Origin: an uncultured Eubacteriales bacterium
GTDB taxonomy: Bacteria; Bacillota; Clostridia; Oscillospirales; Acutalibacteraceae
Length of the DNA stretch: 64,000 bases
Direction: 5' to 3'
NCBI GenBank assembly: GCA_934486455.1
Contig: CAKSPR010000004.1
Coordinates: 2,283 to 66,282, forward strand
Shown here: positions 19,171 to 28,792 of the stretch, piece by piece
How the letters are laid out: each line of letters begins with the position of its first letter
Numbering within the stretch: the stretch's first letter is position 1
Notes under the pieces: model-generated
Databases searched by the model: none
What the model was told of the DNA's origin: nothing
What the model saw: only the letters and a program-made list of their open reading frames with translations
Made by a program: the position numbers and the translations under genes

Positions 19171-19530
19171 TCAAATGTTTCTGTTGGTGATCTCAACTTC
19201 TTTTGTGGTGATTATATCTCTTATGGTCACATTCCCTATCGGGTAATCGAGAGTCCCTTCGGCGGTTTTATAAATCTTTTCACTTTCCTCACAGCTCAGT
19301 GCCGATACGCTAATGCCATCGTCGCAGAAGAATATTCCGTATTCAACACCTTTGTATATAAATGTAACCTCTCCGCCCCTGAGCACCACCTGGACAAACT
19401 CGTCTAAGGATTCAAAGCTTAAATCGGATTCTCCGCTGCAATAGTATGTTGTCACCTTATCGGCTTTTGGCAACGAGGTAAGCAACTCTGACACGGTTTC
19501 AAAATTAAGATTGTCTTTATCTTTATTCAT
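19171..19530 (-). CDS. Hypothetical cytoplasmic protein (~119 aa)
   Basis: An ORF with RBS AAAGGAG and a TTGACA-17-GATAAT promoter upstream. I recognise no family. Confidence 0.45.
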   Translation of the reverse strand: MNKDKDNLNFETVSELLTSLPKADKVTTYYCSGESDLSFESLDEFVQVVLRGGEVTFIYKGVEYGIFFCDDGISVSALSCEESEKIYKTAEGTLDYPIGNVTIRDIITTKEVEITNRNI

Positions 19531-19726
19531 GTTTGTTTTTTCTCCTTTGCCATCTATTTCCGGGACATTTCCGCACAAGTAAATATAACGGCAACAATTG
19601 TATAAACCTTTCTTTTTAAAATGTCGTTTTTATAACGGTTGATTTATAGTTCATATTATCTCATCAAAAACAAATTTTGTCAACAAGGGCGTAAAAAAAC
19701 GACCTGCTTTTGGCAGATCGCTTTTG

Positions 19727-19802
19727 TGGTGACCCATTGGCGATTCGAACGCCAGACACCTTGATTAAAAGTCAAGTGCTCTACCGGCTGAGCTAATGGG
19801 TC
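19727..19802 (-). tRNA. tRNA-Lys (anticodon UUU) with an encoded CCA
   Basis: Cloverleaf folded by hand: acceptor stem GACCCAT/ATGGGTC, D-arm GCTC...GAGC, anticodon stem CTTGA/TCAAG with loop CTTTTAA, and T-arm TGGCG-TTCGAAT-CGCCA. Confidence 0.9.
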
Positions 19803-19829
19803 ATAAGCCGTTAAATTGACAGCTCATAC

Positions 19830-19858
19830 ATTATAACAACTTGCAGGGCAGTTGTCAA
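19830..19858 (-). promoter_or_regulatory. Perfect consensus promoter (TTGACA, 17-nt spacer, TATAAT) that drives the tRNA-Lys
   Basis: On the minus strand the sequence is ttgacaactgccctgcaagttgttataat. Confidence 0.65.
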
Positions 19859-19887
19859 CATATTTTTTCGGAAATTTTACCTTCGCT

Positions 19888-20685
19888 CTATTTTTCTTTT
19901 CTGTGCAAAAAACCGAAAAGGCCGTTTTTCTTTTTCACGCCCTTGCCCTTTTCATTCCTGCCTTCTCCGCAAGGCTCCGACTTTTCCCCGACTTCCTCCG
20001 ATTTGGCTTCTTCGCAGCATTCGGTATCCTTCTCATCGGCCGGCTCGGGCTGCTCGGTTTCCCCGCCATGCTCCTGTTCAGATGCTTCTTCAAGCTCTTC
20101 AAGCTCTTCCGCATCGCCGAATTCTTCGAAAAACTCCTCCGAAGCGGCCCGCTCTGTTCCCTCGGCCTGCTCGTCCTCGATAACTATTCTCAAAGCGTTC
20201 GAAAAACATTCGGCCGGCACAAAAATATCGTAAAGTTCCTCCCCCTCAAGAGCCTCGTCGCAAAGGGCGGAAAACTCGGCTTCATAATCCTCGCTCTCTT
20301 CCCAACCGTCGATTAATTCAAGCTCTTCACCTTCAAAGTCGTTGTCACATTCCTCGTCTGCGGTGTGCGCCTGCGCCTCTTTTTTCATAGAGGGAACATT
20401 GTTTTGTTCAAGCAACTCCATAATCCTTGCGGCCTCATCCTCTCCGATAACGGTTATGAGAAGCTTGGGCTCGCCGTCGAAAAGCATTTCCGCATAGAGG
20501 GAATTTTCAGAGTCCTTCGCTGCGGTTTCGGATTGCTCGCTTTCGCCCTGCGGTTCGTTTGAAAGAAAAAGCACATCATCACCGTCGTTTTCGACAATGG
20601 GGGTATAATCCTCAAGCTTCTGTCCGCACTTTTCGCAGGTGTCGCTTTCGGTATCATAAAATTTATTACATTTTCGGCACCACAT
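19888..20685 (-). CDS. Acidic low-complexity protein with an N-terminal zinc ribbon (CxxC-x12-CxxC)
   Basis: MWCRKCNKFYDTESDTCEKCG, followed by about 200 aa rich in D and E. Confidence 0.5.
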   Translation of the reverse strand: MWCRKCNKFYDTESDTCEKCGQKLEDYTPIVENDGDDVLFLSNEPQGESEQSETAAKDSENSLYAEMLFDGEPKLLITVIGEDEAARIMELLEQNNVPSMKKEAQAHTADEECDNDFEGEELELIDGWEESEDYEAEFSALCDEALEGEELYDIFVPAECFSNALRIVIEDEQAEGTERAASEEFFEEFGDAEELEELEEASEQEHGGETEQPEPADEKDTECCEEAKSEEVGEKSEPCGEGRNEKGKGVKKKNGLFGFLHRKEK

Positions 20686-20903
20686 AAATTATGCTCCTTT
20701 GCATTTAAATTACTACCTGTTTTAATTACTGCCTACTGTTTAGATGTATTTCTTCATATAATATAACATCAAAAGAGGATTTATTCAACAATTTGCGAAA
20801 ATATTTACACGATTATACTAACGGTATATTATATTATTGTTTTTTTCAATTTTCTTTGGTTATTTTAACGCAAAATTTAACTGAGAGGTATTATTTATTC
20901 TAT

Positions 20904-20932
20904 TTGACAAATTATATTGCAGGGAGTATAAT
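20904..20932 (+). promoter_or_regulatory. Consensus promoter (TTGACA, 17-nt spacer, TATAAT) for the livK-like binding-protein gene
   Basis: The sequence is ttgacaaattatattgcagggagtataat. Confidence 0.6.
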
Positions 20933-20945
20933 CTTAACCAAGATA

Positions 20946-20965
20946 AACAGAGCGCATGCTCTGTT
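20946..20965. promoter_or_regulatory. Candidate operator: an 8-bp inverted repeat AACAGAGC-gcat-GCTCTGTT between the -10 element and the RBS
   Basis: Perfect palindrome arms. The position overlaps the predicted transcription start and early leader. Confidence 0.4.
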
Positions 20966-20980
20966 AAGGAGGAAAAGATT

Positions 20981-22141
20981 ATGAAAAAAAGCTTAAAGGT
21001 TCTTGCACTTGTGCTTTCGGCCGCTCTTATAGCTGCTTGCTTCGCCGGTTGCGGCGACAGTAAAGACGCCAAGTCCGACACCATCAAAATCGGCGGCATC
21101 GGACCTATCACCGGCGGTGCTGCGGTTTACGGACAGGCTGTTAAAAACGCTGCCGAGATGGCTGTTGAGGAAATCAATGCCGCAGGCGGTATTAACGGAA
21201 CTTCTCTTGAGTTTAATTTCCAGGACGACGAGCATGACCCCGAAAAATCGGTCAATGCCTACAACAACCTCAAGGACTGGGGTATGCAGGCTCTTATGGG
21301 CACCGTTACCACCGCTCCCTGCCTTGCCGTTGTAGAAAAAACCTATCAGGACAATATGTTCCAGCTCACTCCTTCTGCTTCTGCTACCGGCGTTATCAAA
21401 TACGACAACACCTTCCAAATGTGCTTTACCGATCCTAACCAGGGCACCAAATCCGCCGACTACATCGCAGAGAACAAGCTTGCCACCAAGGTTGCGGTAA
21501 TCTACAACAGCTCGGACGCTTATTCTTCGGGCATTTACAGCAACTTTGCCAAGGAAGCCAAGGAAAAGGGCATTGAGGTCGTTTCGGCTGAAGCCTTCAC
21601 CGACGACTCCAAGACCGACTTCTCGGTACAGCTCAACAAATCCAAGGCATCGGGTGCAGAGCTTGTATTCCTTCCCATCTATGCACAGGAAGCCTCCCAA
21701 ATTCTTGAGCAGGCCAACTCCATGGGATACCAGACCACCTTCTTCGGCTGCGACGGTCTTGACGGAATTCTCACCATCGACGGCTTCAACAAGTCTCTTG
21801 CCGAGGGCGTAATTCTTCTGACCCCCTTTGTTGCCGGCGACACCAAGAGCCAGGCCAACGTTGACTTCACCAACAAGTATAAGGAAAAATATAAAGATAC
21901 CCCCAACCAGTTTGCCGCCGACGCTTATGATGCCATCTACGTCATAGCCGAGTGCATGAAGAACGGCAATGTTACCGCCGACATGAGCGCTTCCGACATC
22001 TGCGACATCATGAAGACCCAAATGACCAAGGTTAAATACGACGGTCTTACCGGCGACGGCATCACCTTTGCCGCTGACGGATCGGTCAACAAGTCTCCTA
22101 ACGCCATGAAGATTCAGGACGGCAAATATGTTGCTATGTAA
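20981..22141 (+). CDS. livK: Branched-chain amino acid ABC transporter substrate-binding lipoprotein (LivJ/LivK family)
   Basis: Lipoprotein signal with lipobox AACFAGC. The family motif IKIGGIGPITGGAAVYG is present. Confidence 0.8.
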   Translation: MKKSLKVLALVLSAALIAACFAGCGDSKDAKSDTIKIGGIGPITGGAAVYGQAVKNAAEMAVEEINAAGGINGTSLEFNFQDDEHDPEKSVNAYNNLKDWGMQALMGTVTTAPCLAVVEKTYQDNMFQLTPSASATGVIKYDNTFQMCFTDPNQGTKSADYIAENKLATKVAVIYNSSDAYSSGIYSNFAKEAKEKGIEVVSAEAFTDDSKTDFSVQLNKSKASGAELVFLPIYAQEASQILEQANSMGYQTTFFGCDGLDGILTIDGFNKSLAEGVILLTPFVAGDTKSQANVDFTNKYKEKYKDTPNQFAADAYDAIYVIAECMKNGNVTADMSASDICDIMKTQMTKVKYDGLTGDGITFAADGSVNKSPNAMKIQDGKYVAM

Positions 22142-22185
22142 GGGATTATATCCTTCTGAAATACTTTTAGGTTGATTTAATTGAT

Positions 22186-22221
22186 TCCCGCCGCCCGAGC
22201 AATCGGACGGCGGGATTTTTT
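22186..22221 (+). terminator. Intrinsic terminator of the livK-like gene
   Basis: tcccgccg...cggcggga followed by tttttt. Confidence 0.6.
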
Positions 22222-22256
22222 CGTGCCTGTACCTGCCCTTCATCAAGGCACTTACA

Positions 22257-22300
22257 CAAAAAAGCGGGTCTGCCGCGTTCCGTCGGAACGCGGCAGACCC
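22257..22300 (-). terminator. Intrinsic terminator of cysS
   Basis: Perfect 16-bp stem gggtctgccgcgttcc / ggaacgcggcagaccc with a U-run on the minus transcript. Confidence 0.75.
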
Positions 22301-22369
22301 CTTTATCAACGGTTATTTAGCTTTTTCAAAAGTGCACTGCGACTGTCGGCAGCGGGAAGATTTCAAAGC

Positions 22370-23776
22370 TTATGCCTTGTGCCACTTAATACCCTGGGGA
22401 GTGTCCTCAAGAATTATGCCCATGTCCTTTAGCTTGTCGCGTATGGCGTCGGCAGTGGCAAAATCCTTTGCCTTTCTCGCTGCGGTGCGCTGTTCTATAA
22501 GGCTATCCACCTGAGCGTCAAGATCGTCGTCCTCTTTCTTTACATAAACAAGTCCGAGCACATCGGCAAGCTCGAAAAATCTTTCCTTTGCTATTCTGCA
22601 AAGCTCGGCCGAGGGGTCGTTCCTCAAAGCGGTGTTAATGTCTCTGACCAGCTCGAAAAGCGCCGAAAGACCGTCGGCCGTGTTAAGATCGTCGTCCATT
22701 GCGGCGATAAACTGTTCTCTGCGGCCGTCAAAGCTCTTGATGATCTCGGCCTCTCCCTCTTTAAGCTTTTCGCAGGTTGCGTTTTTCTCGGCAAAATCCA
22801 TATTGTCGCGGCAGGAGTAAAGCCGTTCAAGGGAGCGGACATTGGATTCGATAACATCCACGCTGTAATTGATGGGGCTTCTGTAATGGGAGGAGATCAT
22901 CAGGTAACGAATAGGCTCATAGCCGTATTTTGCGGCCACATCACGCACCGTGAAGAAATTTCCCAAGGATTTTGACATTTTGCGATTGTCGACATTTATA
23001 TAGCCGTTGTGCATCCAGTAGTGGGCAAACTCGCAGCCGTTGGCGCATTCCGATTGGGCGATCTCATTTTCGTGATGGGGAAAGATAAGATCCTGACCGC
23101 CGCAGTGAATGTCGATGGTCTTGCCGAGATATTTGCCCGACATTGCCGAGCACTCAATGTGCCAGCCGGGACGACCCTTACCCCAGGGAGACTCCCAAAA
23201 CGGCTCTCCCTCCTTTGCCGCCTTCCAAAGTGTAAAGTCCATGGGACTTTCCTTTTGCTCTGCCGAGGCTCCCCGCTCGCTTGCTCCCTCTTTAAGCTCG
23301 TCAAGAGGCTGATGGGAAAGCTTTCCGTATTCCTTGAATTTTTCGGCGCGGAAGTAAACGTCTCCACCCGACGGATAGGCATATCCCTTTTCCGCAAGGC
23401 GCTCGATGATTTTTATGATTTCGTCAATATTTTCGGTTGCTCTCGGATGAACGGTGGCCTTTCGGACATTAAGTCCCTCGGCGTCTGTCCAAAATTCCTT
23501 TATATACCGCTCGGCAACCTCCTTAACGGTGGTGCCCTCCTCGTTGGCCTTGTTTATAAGCTTATCGTCGATGTCGGTGAAATTCTGAACGAAATTGACC
23601 TTATAGCCTCTCCACTCAAGGTATCTTCTGAGCACATCAAAAACGCAAAGCGGGCGGGCGTTTCCGATGTGAATATAGTTATAGACGGTGGGGCCGCAGG
23701 CATAAATTTTCGCCTCCCCCTCTTTTATCGGAACAAACTCCTGTTTCTCTCGGGTCAGGGTATTGAAAATTTTCAT
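22370..23776 (-). CDS. cysS: Cysteine--tRNA ligase
   Basis: HIGNARP (HIGH) and KMSKSLGN motifs. Confidence 0.95.
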   Translation of the reverse strand: MKIFNTLTREKQEFVPIKEGEAKIYACGPTVYNYIHIGNARPLCVFDVLRRYLEWRGYKVNFVQNFTDIDDKLINKANEEGTTVKEVAERYIKEFWTDAEGLNVRKATVHPRATENIDEIIKIIERLAEKGYAYPSGGDVYFRAEKFKEYGKLSHQPLDELKEGASERGASAEQKESPMDFTLWKAAKEGEPFWESPWGKGRPGWHIECSAMSGKYLGKTIDIHCGGQDLIFPHHENEIAQSECANGCEFAHYWMHNGYINVDNRKMSKSLGNFFTVRDVAAKYGYEPIRYLMISSHYRSPINYSVDVIESNVRSLERLYSCRDNMDFAEKNATCEKLKEGEAEIIKSFDGRREQFIAAMDDDLNTADGLSALFELVRDINTALRNDPSAELCRIAKERFFELADVLGLVYVKKEDDDLDAQVDSLIEQRTAARKAKDFATADAIRDKLKDMGIILEDTPQGIKWHKA

Positions 23777-23795
23777 TTTAAAAAGTCCTTCCTCT

Positions 23796-24440
23796 CTATA
23801 ATTTCATAAGCAGAGCCTCAAGCTCGGCCGCATTTTTCACAATATAATCGGCACCTTGCTCAAGCTCGCCTTTTTCGGCAAATCCGTAGGCAACACCCAC
23901 TGTCAAAATGCCGTTTTGCTTTCCTGCCTGCACATCAAAAATTCGGTCTCCCACCATAACGGCGGTTTTTTTATCAACATTATAGTCGGAAACAATGTCC
24001 TTAACGGTATCGGTTTTTGATTTATGAAGGTCGGAAAGTTCGATTCCGTAAACGGCGGTGAAATATTCCGAAAGAGAAAAATGCTCCACTATCTGTTTTG
24101 AAAAGACCGTGGGCTTTCCGGTGGCGATAAAAAGCCTTTTCCCTGCCGATTTAAGCCTTGAAAGCATTTGCGGAATTCCGCTGTAAACCTCATTTTCAAA
24201 AATTCCCGTAGGCGCAAAATATTCCCGATATTTTTCCACGGCAGCTTTGGCCTGTTCCTCCGAAAAGCCGTAATACTTCATAAATGTTTCGCCCAGCGGC
24301 GGGCCGATGAAGAATTCAAGCTCGCGATTGTCCCTAACCTCGATTCCGAAGCTTTTAAGGGCATATTGAACCGATTTTGTTATACCCGTCATTGGATCGG
24401 TCAGGGTTCCGTCAAGATCGAAAAGTATATCCTTTATCAA
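23796..24440 (-). CDS. HAD-family hydrolase (phosphoglycolate phosphatase-like)
   Basis: DLDGTL motif I near the N-terminus and GD motif IV near the C-terminus. It overlaps the cysE stop by 4 bp. Confidence 0.75.
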   Translation of the reverse strand: MIKDILFDLDGTLTDPMTGITKSVQYALKSFGIEVRDNRELEFFIGPPLGETFMKYYGFSEEQAKAAVEKYREYFAPTGIFENEVYSGIPQMLSRLKSAGKRLFIATGKPTVFSKQIVEHFSLSEYFTAVYGIELSDLHKSKTDTVKDIVSDYNVDKKTAVMVGDRIFDVQAGKQNGILTVGVAYGFAEKGELEQGADYIVKNAAELEALLMKL

Positions 24441-25087
24441 TTTTCGTCCTCCGGCTTTTTGAGCTTTTCAAGCTCCCTCTCCATAAAATAAAGCTTGGAT
24501 TCCAGCATGCATATTTTTTGAGCCACGGGGTCGGGAATATGCACCTGATCGAGGCTTTCGCATATTTTTTCTCCCCCTTGGCGTACCACCCTTGCGGGAA
24601 CGCCCACCGCCGTGCTGTCGGGCGGTATCTCGTTAAGCACCACCGCTCCCGCGGCGATTCTTGCGTTATCTCCCACCTTAAAGGGGCCCAGCACCTTTGC
24701 GCCCGCACCGATAAGCACCCCATTTCCGATGGTTGGATGGCGCTTGCCGGTGTGATGTCCCGTTCCGCCCAAAGTAACCCCCTGGTAGATGGTCACATCA
24801 TCGCCGATTATGGCCGTTTCGCCGATAACAACACCCGTTCCGTGGTCGATGAAAAGCCGCTTGCCGATGGTGGCGGCGGGGTGTATCTCGATTCCGGTTT
24901 TTCTGACCGCCCGTTGGGAAATCTGGCGGGCAATGAACTTTCTGCCGTGGCGGTAAAACCAGTTGGCACGGCGATACATTCTGACAGCCTTGAGCCCGGG
25001 ATAGAGAAAGAATATCTCAAGGGAGGAGCGGGCCGCAGGGTCTCTGGCCTTAACGGCGTTTATATCTTCTTTAAGTCTTTCAAACAT
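24437..25087 (-). CDS. cysE: Serine O-acetyltransferase
   Basis: MFERLKEDI N-terminus and hexapeptide repeats. The ATG at 25087 is chosen over the track's TTG-extended start. Confidence 0.85.
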   Translation of the reverse strand: MFERLKEDINAVKARDPAARSSLEIFFLYPGLKAVRMYRRANWFYRHGRKFIARQISQRAVRKTGIEIHPAATIGKRLFIDHGTGVVIGETAIIGDDVTIYQGVTLGGTGHHTGKRHPTIGNGVLIGAGAKVLGPFKVGDNARIAAGAVVLNEIPPDSTAVGVPARVVRQGGEKICESLDQVHIPDPVAQKICMLESKLYFMERELEKLKKPEDEN

Positions 25088-25100
25088 AAATTCACCTTTT

Positions 25101-25691
25101 TTATTTATTTGGGTCGACAAAGGTCTTGTTTTTTACGAGATAGTTGATTCCCGAAACCACTGTCAGCACCGCCGAAAACCACAGCACAATGTTATACGCC
25201 GTTCTAAGCACCGCGCCGACAATCAAAAGGGTCGGGAACAGCGAGATAAATCCCTCAAAGGCGAGAGCCATTATTATCCCCACCATCTGTATGACTGTTT
25301 TTATCTTTCCCCATTTGTCGGCGGCAACCACCTTGCCCGAGGCGGCGGCAATCATACGTATCGAGCTTACCGAAAACTCTCTCATAAGGACGATAACCGT
25401 TATCCACGCCGTTCCGAAGCCTATTCCGAGACTGATAAATCCCAAAAAGGCGGCGGTGGTCAGCATTTTGTCGGCAATGGGGTCGAGGAACTTGCCGAAA
25501 TCGGTTATCAGCCCTCTCGACCGGGCTATTCTGCCGTCGAAAAGGTCGGTAAGCGACGCGGCGACAAAAACCGCAAGAGCGACAAAATAATGAAGGGGAA
25601 ACTGCCACAAAAGCAGCATCAGAAATATCGGTACCGCCGCAATCCTTGCGAGGGTCAGCCGATTCGGAAGATTTATTTTGCTTTGCTTCAA
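25101..25691 (-). CDS. pgsA: CDP-diacylglycerol--glycerol-3-phosphate 3-phosphatidyltransferase
   Basis: CDP-alcohol phosphotransferase motif DGRIARSRGLITDFGKFLDPIADK. Confidence 0.85.
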   Translation of the reverse strand: MKQSKINLPNRLTLARIAAVPIFLMLLLWQFPLHYFVALAVFVAASLTDLFDGRIARSRGLITDFGKFLDPIADKMLTTAAFLGFISLGIGFGTAWITVIVLMREFSVSSIRMIAAASGKVVAADKWGKIKTVIQMVGIIMALAFEGFISLFPTLLIVGAVLRTAYNIVLWFSAVLTVVSGINYLVKNKTFVDPNK

Positions 25692-27016
25692 TCCGCTTCC
25701 ACTCCCATCAAATCCATATCCATGGTGTCGGTTATCTTTACCTTGACGAAATCTCCCGCCGAGGGTCTTTTCTTTGATTTAAAGAAAATCTTGCAGTCAA
25801 TATCGGGAGCGTCGGCCGGCGTTCTTCCGTAAAAATGCTTTATGTAGGTGTCGTACCCTTCCACAAGCACTTCGGTCACGGTGCCGATTTTTTTCTTACA
25901 AAGCTCATCCGAAATAAAGCTTTGCTGCTCCATAATAACCTCGGCGCGCCGAAGCTTTTCCTCCTCGGGGATCTGATCTTCAAACTCGGCGGCGGGAGTG
26001 CCCTCCTCTGCCGAATACGCAAAACAACCCAGCCGCTCGAACTTCATTTGCTTTACAAATTCCGAAAGCTCACAGAACTGCTGCTCGCTTTCTCCCGGGA
26101 ATCCCGCGATGAGGGTGGTCCTTACGGTTATATCGGGTATTTCTTTTCTGAGTTTATTTACGGTTTGTTCAAGGCTCCTGCGATCGCCGGGACGATTCAT
26201 CCTTTTAAGCACATCCCCGCAGCAATGCTGTATGGGAAGGTCGATATATTTAACGATTTTAGGCTGATTTTTGATGACGGCGATAATGTCGTCGGTCAGA
26301 CGGTCGGGGTAGGCGTAAAGCAGGCGTATCCAGTGTATTTTTTCGATTTTGCAAAGCTCGTTTAAAAGCTCGGCAAGTCGGCACTGCCCGTAAATATCTT
26401 CGCCGTATCTTGTGGTGTCCTGCGCCACAACAATAAGCTCCCTTACCCCGTTTTCCGCAAGGGTGTTTGCTTCTTCAACCACCGATTCGACGGTACGGCT
26501 GCGAAGTCCGCCGCGAATGGACGGAATGGCGCAATATGTGCAGCGGTTGTTACACCCCTCGGCGATTTTAATGTAGGCATAGTAAGGCTCGTTTATAAGC
26601 ACCCTGCCCCCGCAAAGAGGAAGCCGTTCCTTTTCTCCGAAGCGGTCGTCGGTTTCGCCCGAAAGAGCCTGCCCGATTATATCTGCAATTTCGTCGTTTC
26701 GGCCGATGCTTACCACCGTGTCGATCTCGGGTATCTGCTCCTTTAGCTGTTCCCGATAGCGCTCGGCAAGACAGCCGGTAACGATCAGGAGCTTGAGGCT
26801 TCCCTCTTTTTTTAGCTCGGCAAGGTCGAGAACGGTGTCGATGCTTTCCTGCTTTGCCGATTCGATAAATCCGCAGGTGTTTACGATTATGACCTGCGCC
26901 TCCTGCTCATAGGGGGTTATTTCATAGCCTTTATCCTTTAGCTTTGAAAGCATGATCTCGGCGTCGACCTGGTTTTTCGGACATCCGAGAGATGCCATTC
27001 CGATTTTTATCATCAA
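25688..27016 (-). CDS. rimO: Ribosomal protein S12 methylthiotransferase
   Basis: MiaB-like N-terminal domain, radical SAM CNNRCTYC motif and C-terminal TRAM domain. It overlaps the pgsA start by 4 bp. Confidence 0.8.
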   Translation of the reverse strand: MMIKIGMASLGCPKNQVDAEIMLSKLKDKGYEITPYEQEAQVIIVNTCGFIESAKQESIDTVLDLAELKKEGSLKLLIVTGCLAERYREQLKEQIPEIDTVVSIGRNDEIADIIGQALSGETDDRFGEKERLPLCGGRVLINEPYYAYIKIAEGCNNRCTYCAIPSIRGGLRSRTVESVVEEANTLAENGVRELIVVAQDTTRYGEDIYGQCRLAELLNELCKIEKIHWIRLLYAYPDRLTDDIIAVIKNQPKIVKYIDLPIQHCCGDVLKRMNRPGDRRSLEQTVNKLRKEIPDITVRTTLIAGFPGESEQQFCELSEFVKQMKFERLGCFAYSAEEGTPAAEFEDQIPEEEKLRRAEVIMEQQSFISDELCKKKIGTVTEVLVEGYDTYIKHFYGRTPADAPDIDCKIFFKSKKRPSAGDFVKVKITDTMDMDLMGVEAD

Positions 27017-27032
27017 AAACTACCTCTGAAAA

Positions 27033-27647
27033 TTATTCTCCGTTTTTTACCCGCAAAAGCGCCGTTTTTATGTCGCCGTAGCCGTATCCCATTCGGGCAA
27101 GGCCGGCATAAATGCGCTGATATTTTTTTTCGTCCTCGGGAAGCGGACAATATTTTTTCTCTATAACTCGGACGATGCTCTCAACCGGATCCTCGTCCTC
27201 ATATTGGCAAAGAACACTGTCGATAATGTCCCTGTCAACGCCTTTTTTTGAAAGCTCAAAGGCCACCCTCCGTTTGCCGAAGCCCTTTCTTTTAAAAAGC
27301 TCCTCGGCAAAATCCTCGGCAAAGGCTCCGTCGTCGCAAAGACCCAGTTGCTCAATGCGGGAAAGGGCGTGCTCGCAGACATCGGCGGGAAAAACCGCCC
27401 TGAGCTTTGTGAAAAGCTCCTTTTTGGTGTGCGCCCGATATTCGAGCAGATAAAGCGCCTTTTCATAGGCGCGGTTGCGCTGCGCCTCACACTTTAGCTC
27501 CTGCCAATCCTCCTCGGAAATGTCGCTTCCTTCATGAAATCCCGACATCAAAAGAGTCTCGCTGTCGACAGTCTCGGCCTCGCCGCAGTTTTCAAAGTAG
27601 ACTGCCGTAAGCCTGTGGCGCCGCTGCTTTAATGCGATTATTTTCAT
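27033..27647 (-). CDS. recX: Regulatory protein RecX
   Basis: RecX-like helical repeats. It sits immediately downstream of recA with a 1-bp overlap. Confidence 0.75.
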   Translation of the reverse strand: MKIIALKQRRHRLTAVYFENCGEAETVDSETLLMSGFHEGSDISEEDWQELKCEAQRNRAYEKALYLLEYRAHTKKELFTKLRAVFPADVCEHALSRIEQLGLCDDGAFAEDFAEELFKRKGFGKRRVAFELSKKGVDRDIIDSVLCQYEDEDPVESIVRVIEKKYCPLPEDEKKYQRIYAGLARMGYGYGDIKTALLRVKNGE

Positions 27648-28792
27648 CAGTCGACGGTCACATCAATGTCCACCTTGGGGGCGGGCTTTTCGTTTTGTTC
27701 GTCCTTTTGGACGGCGGCTTCGGGAGCGGCTGCGGGCTCGGCATCGGCGCCCTTTTTGCCCTTGGGGGCTTTTTTAAGCAGAATGTCGGAGGATGTGGTT
27801 CTGATCTTCTGCTCAAGCTCGCTTGCAAGCTCGGGGTTTTCCTTTATGTACTTCTTGGTATTTTCGCGTCCCTGACCTATACGGTCGCCGTTATAGGAAA
27901 ACCATGCGCCGCTTTTCTGGATAATTCCCGCCTTAACGCCGAGATCGAGTATTTCTCCCTCTCTCGAGATACCTTCACCGTACATAATGTCAAACTCGCC
28001 CTCCTTAAAGGGGGGAGCGACCTTGTTTTTAACCACCTTTGCTCTTGTGTGGGAGCCAACCATTTCGGTGCCGTTTTTAAGGGTCTCGACCCTGCGGATG
28101 TCTATTCTGACCGAGGCATAATATTTAAGCGCCTTGCCGCCGGTGGTGGTTTCGGGGCTGCCGAACATAACGCCTATCTTATCTCTCAGCTGGTTGATGA
28201 AAATAACAATGCAGTTGGTACGGGAAATGGCGCCGTTGAGCTTACGCAGAGCCTGGGACATAAGTCTTGCCTGAAGTCCCATGTGGCTGTCGCCCATGCT
28301 GCCTTCGATCTCGGCCTTGGGCACGAGAGCCGCCACCGAGTCGACCACCACAACATCCACCGCGCCCGAACGAACAAGGGCTTCGGCGATTTCAAGGGCG
28401 TCCTCGCCCGCATCGGGCTGGGAAACGAGAAGCGCGTCGATGTCGATCCCCAGAGCCGCCGCATAAACGGGATCGAGGGCATGCTCAACATCAATAAAGG
28501 CTGCGGTGCCGCCCTGCTTTTGGGATTCGGCCACAACATGGAGGGCAATGGTGGTTTTACCGGAGGATTCCGGTCCGTATATCTCAACGATTCTTCCCTT
28601 GGGAAGTCCGCCTATTCCGAGAGCCATATCAAGGGAAAGAGAGCCGGTGGAAATGGCCTCGACATTCATATTTGTGTTTTGTCCGAGGCGCATAACCGCA
28701 CCCTTGCCGAAATCTTTTTCGATTTGGGTAAGCGCCGTTTCAAGGGCTTTTTTGCGGTCTTCCGCCTTTTTGTCAATCTTTTTGTCTGCCAT
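27647..28792 (-). CDS. recA: Recombinase A
   Basis: Walker A motif GPESSGKTT and extensive conserved RecA sequence. Confidence 0.97.
   Translation of the reverse strand: MADKKIDKKAEDRKKALETALTQIEKDFGKGAVMRLGQNTNMNVEAISTGSLSLDMALGIGGLPKGRIVEIYGPESSGKTTIALHVVAESQKQGGTAAFIDVEHALDPVYAAALGIDIDALLVSQPDAGEDALEIAEALVRSGAVDVVVVDSVAALVPKAEIEGSMGDSHMGLQARLMSQALRKLNGAISRTNCIVIFINQLRDKIGVMFGSPETTTGGKALKYYASVRIDIRRVETLKNGTEMVGSHTRAKVVKNKVAPPFKEGEFDIMYGEGISREGEILDLGVKAGIIQKSGAWFSYNGDRIGQGRENTKKYIKENPELASELEQKIRTTSSDILLKKAPKGKKGADAEPAAAPEAAVQKDEQNEKPAPKVDIDVTVD

Noticed and set aside
19888-20685. Possible integrated-element boundary at the tRNA-Lys
   Set aside because: No integrase, direct repeat of the tRNA 3' end or phage genes lie nearby. 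The tRNA simply has its own promoter.
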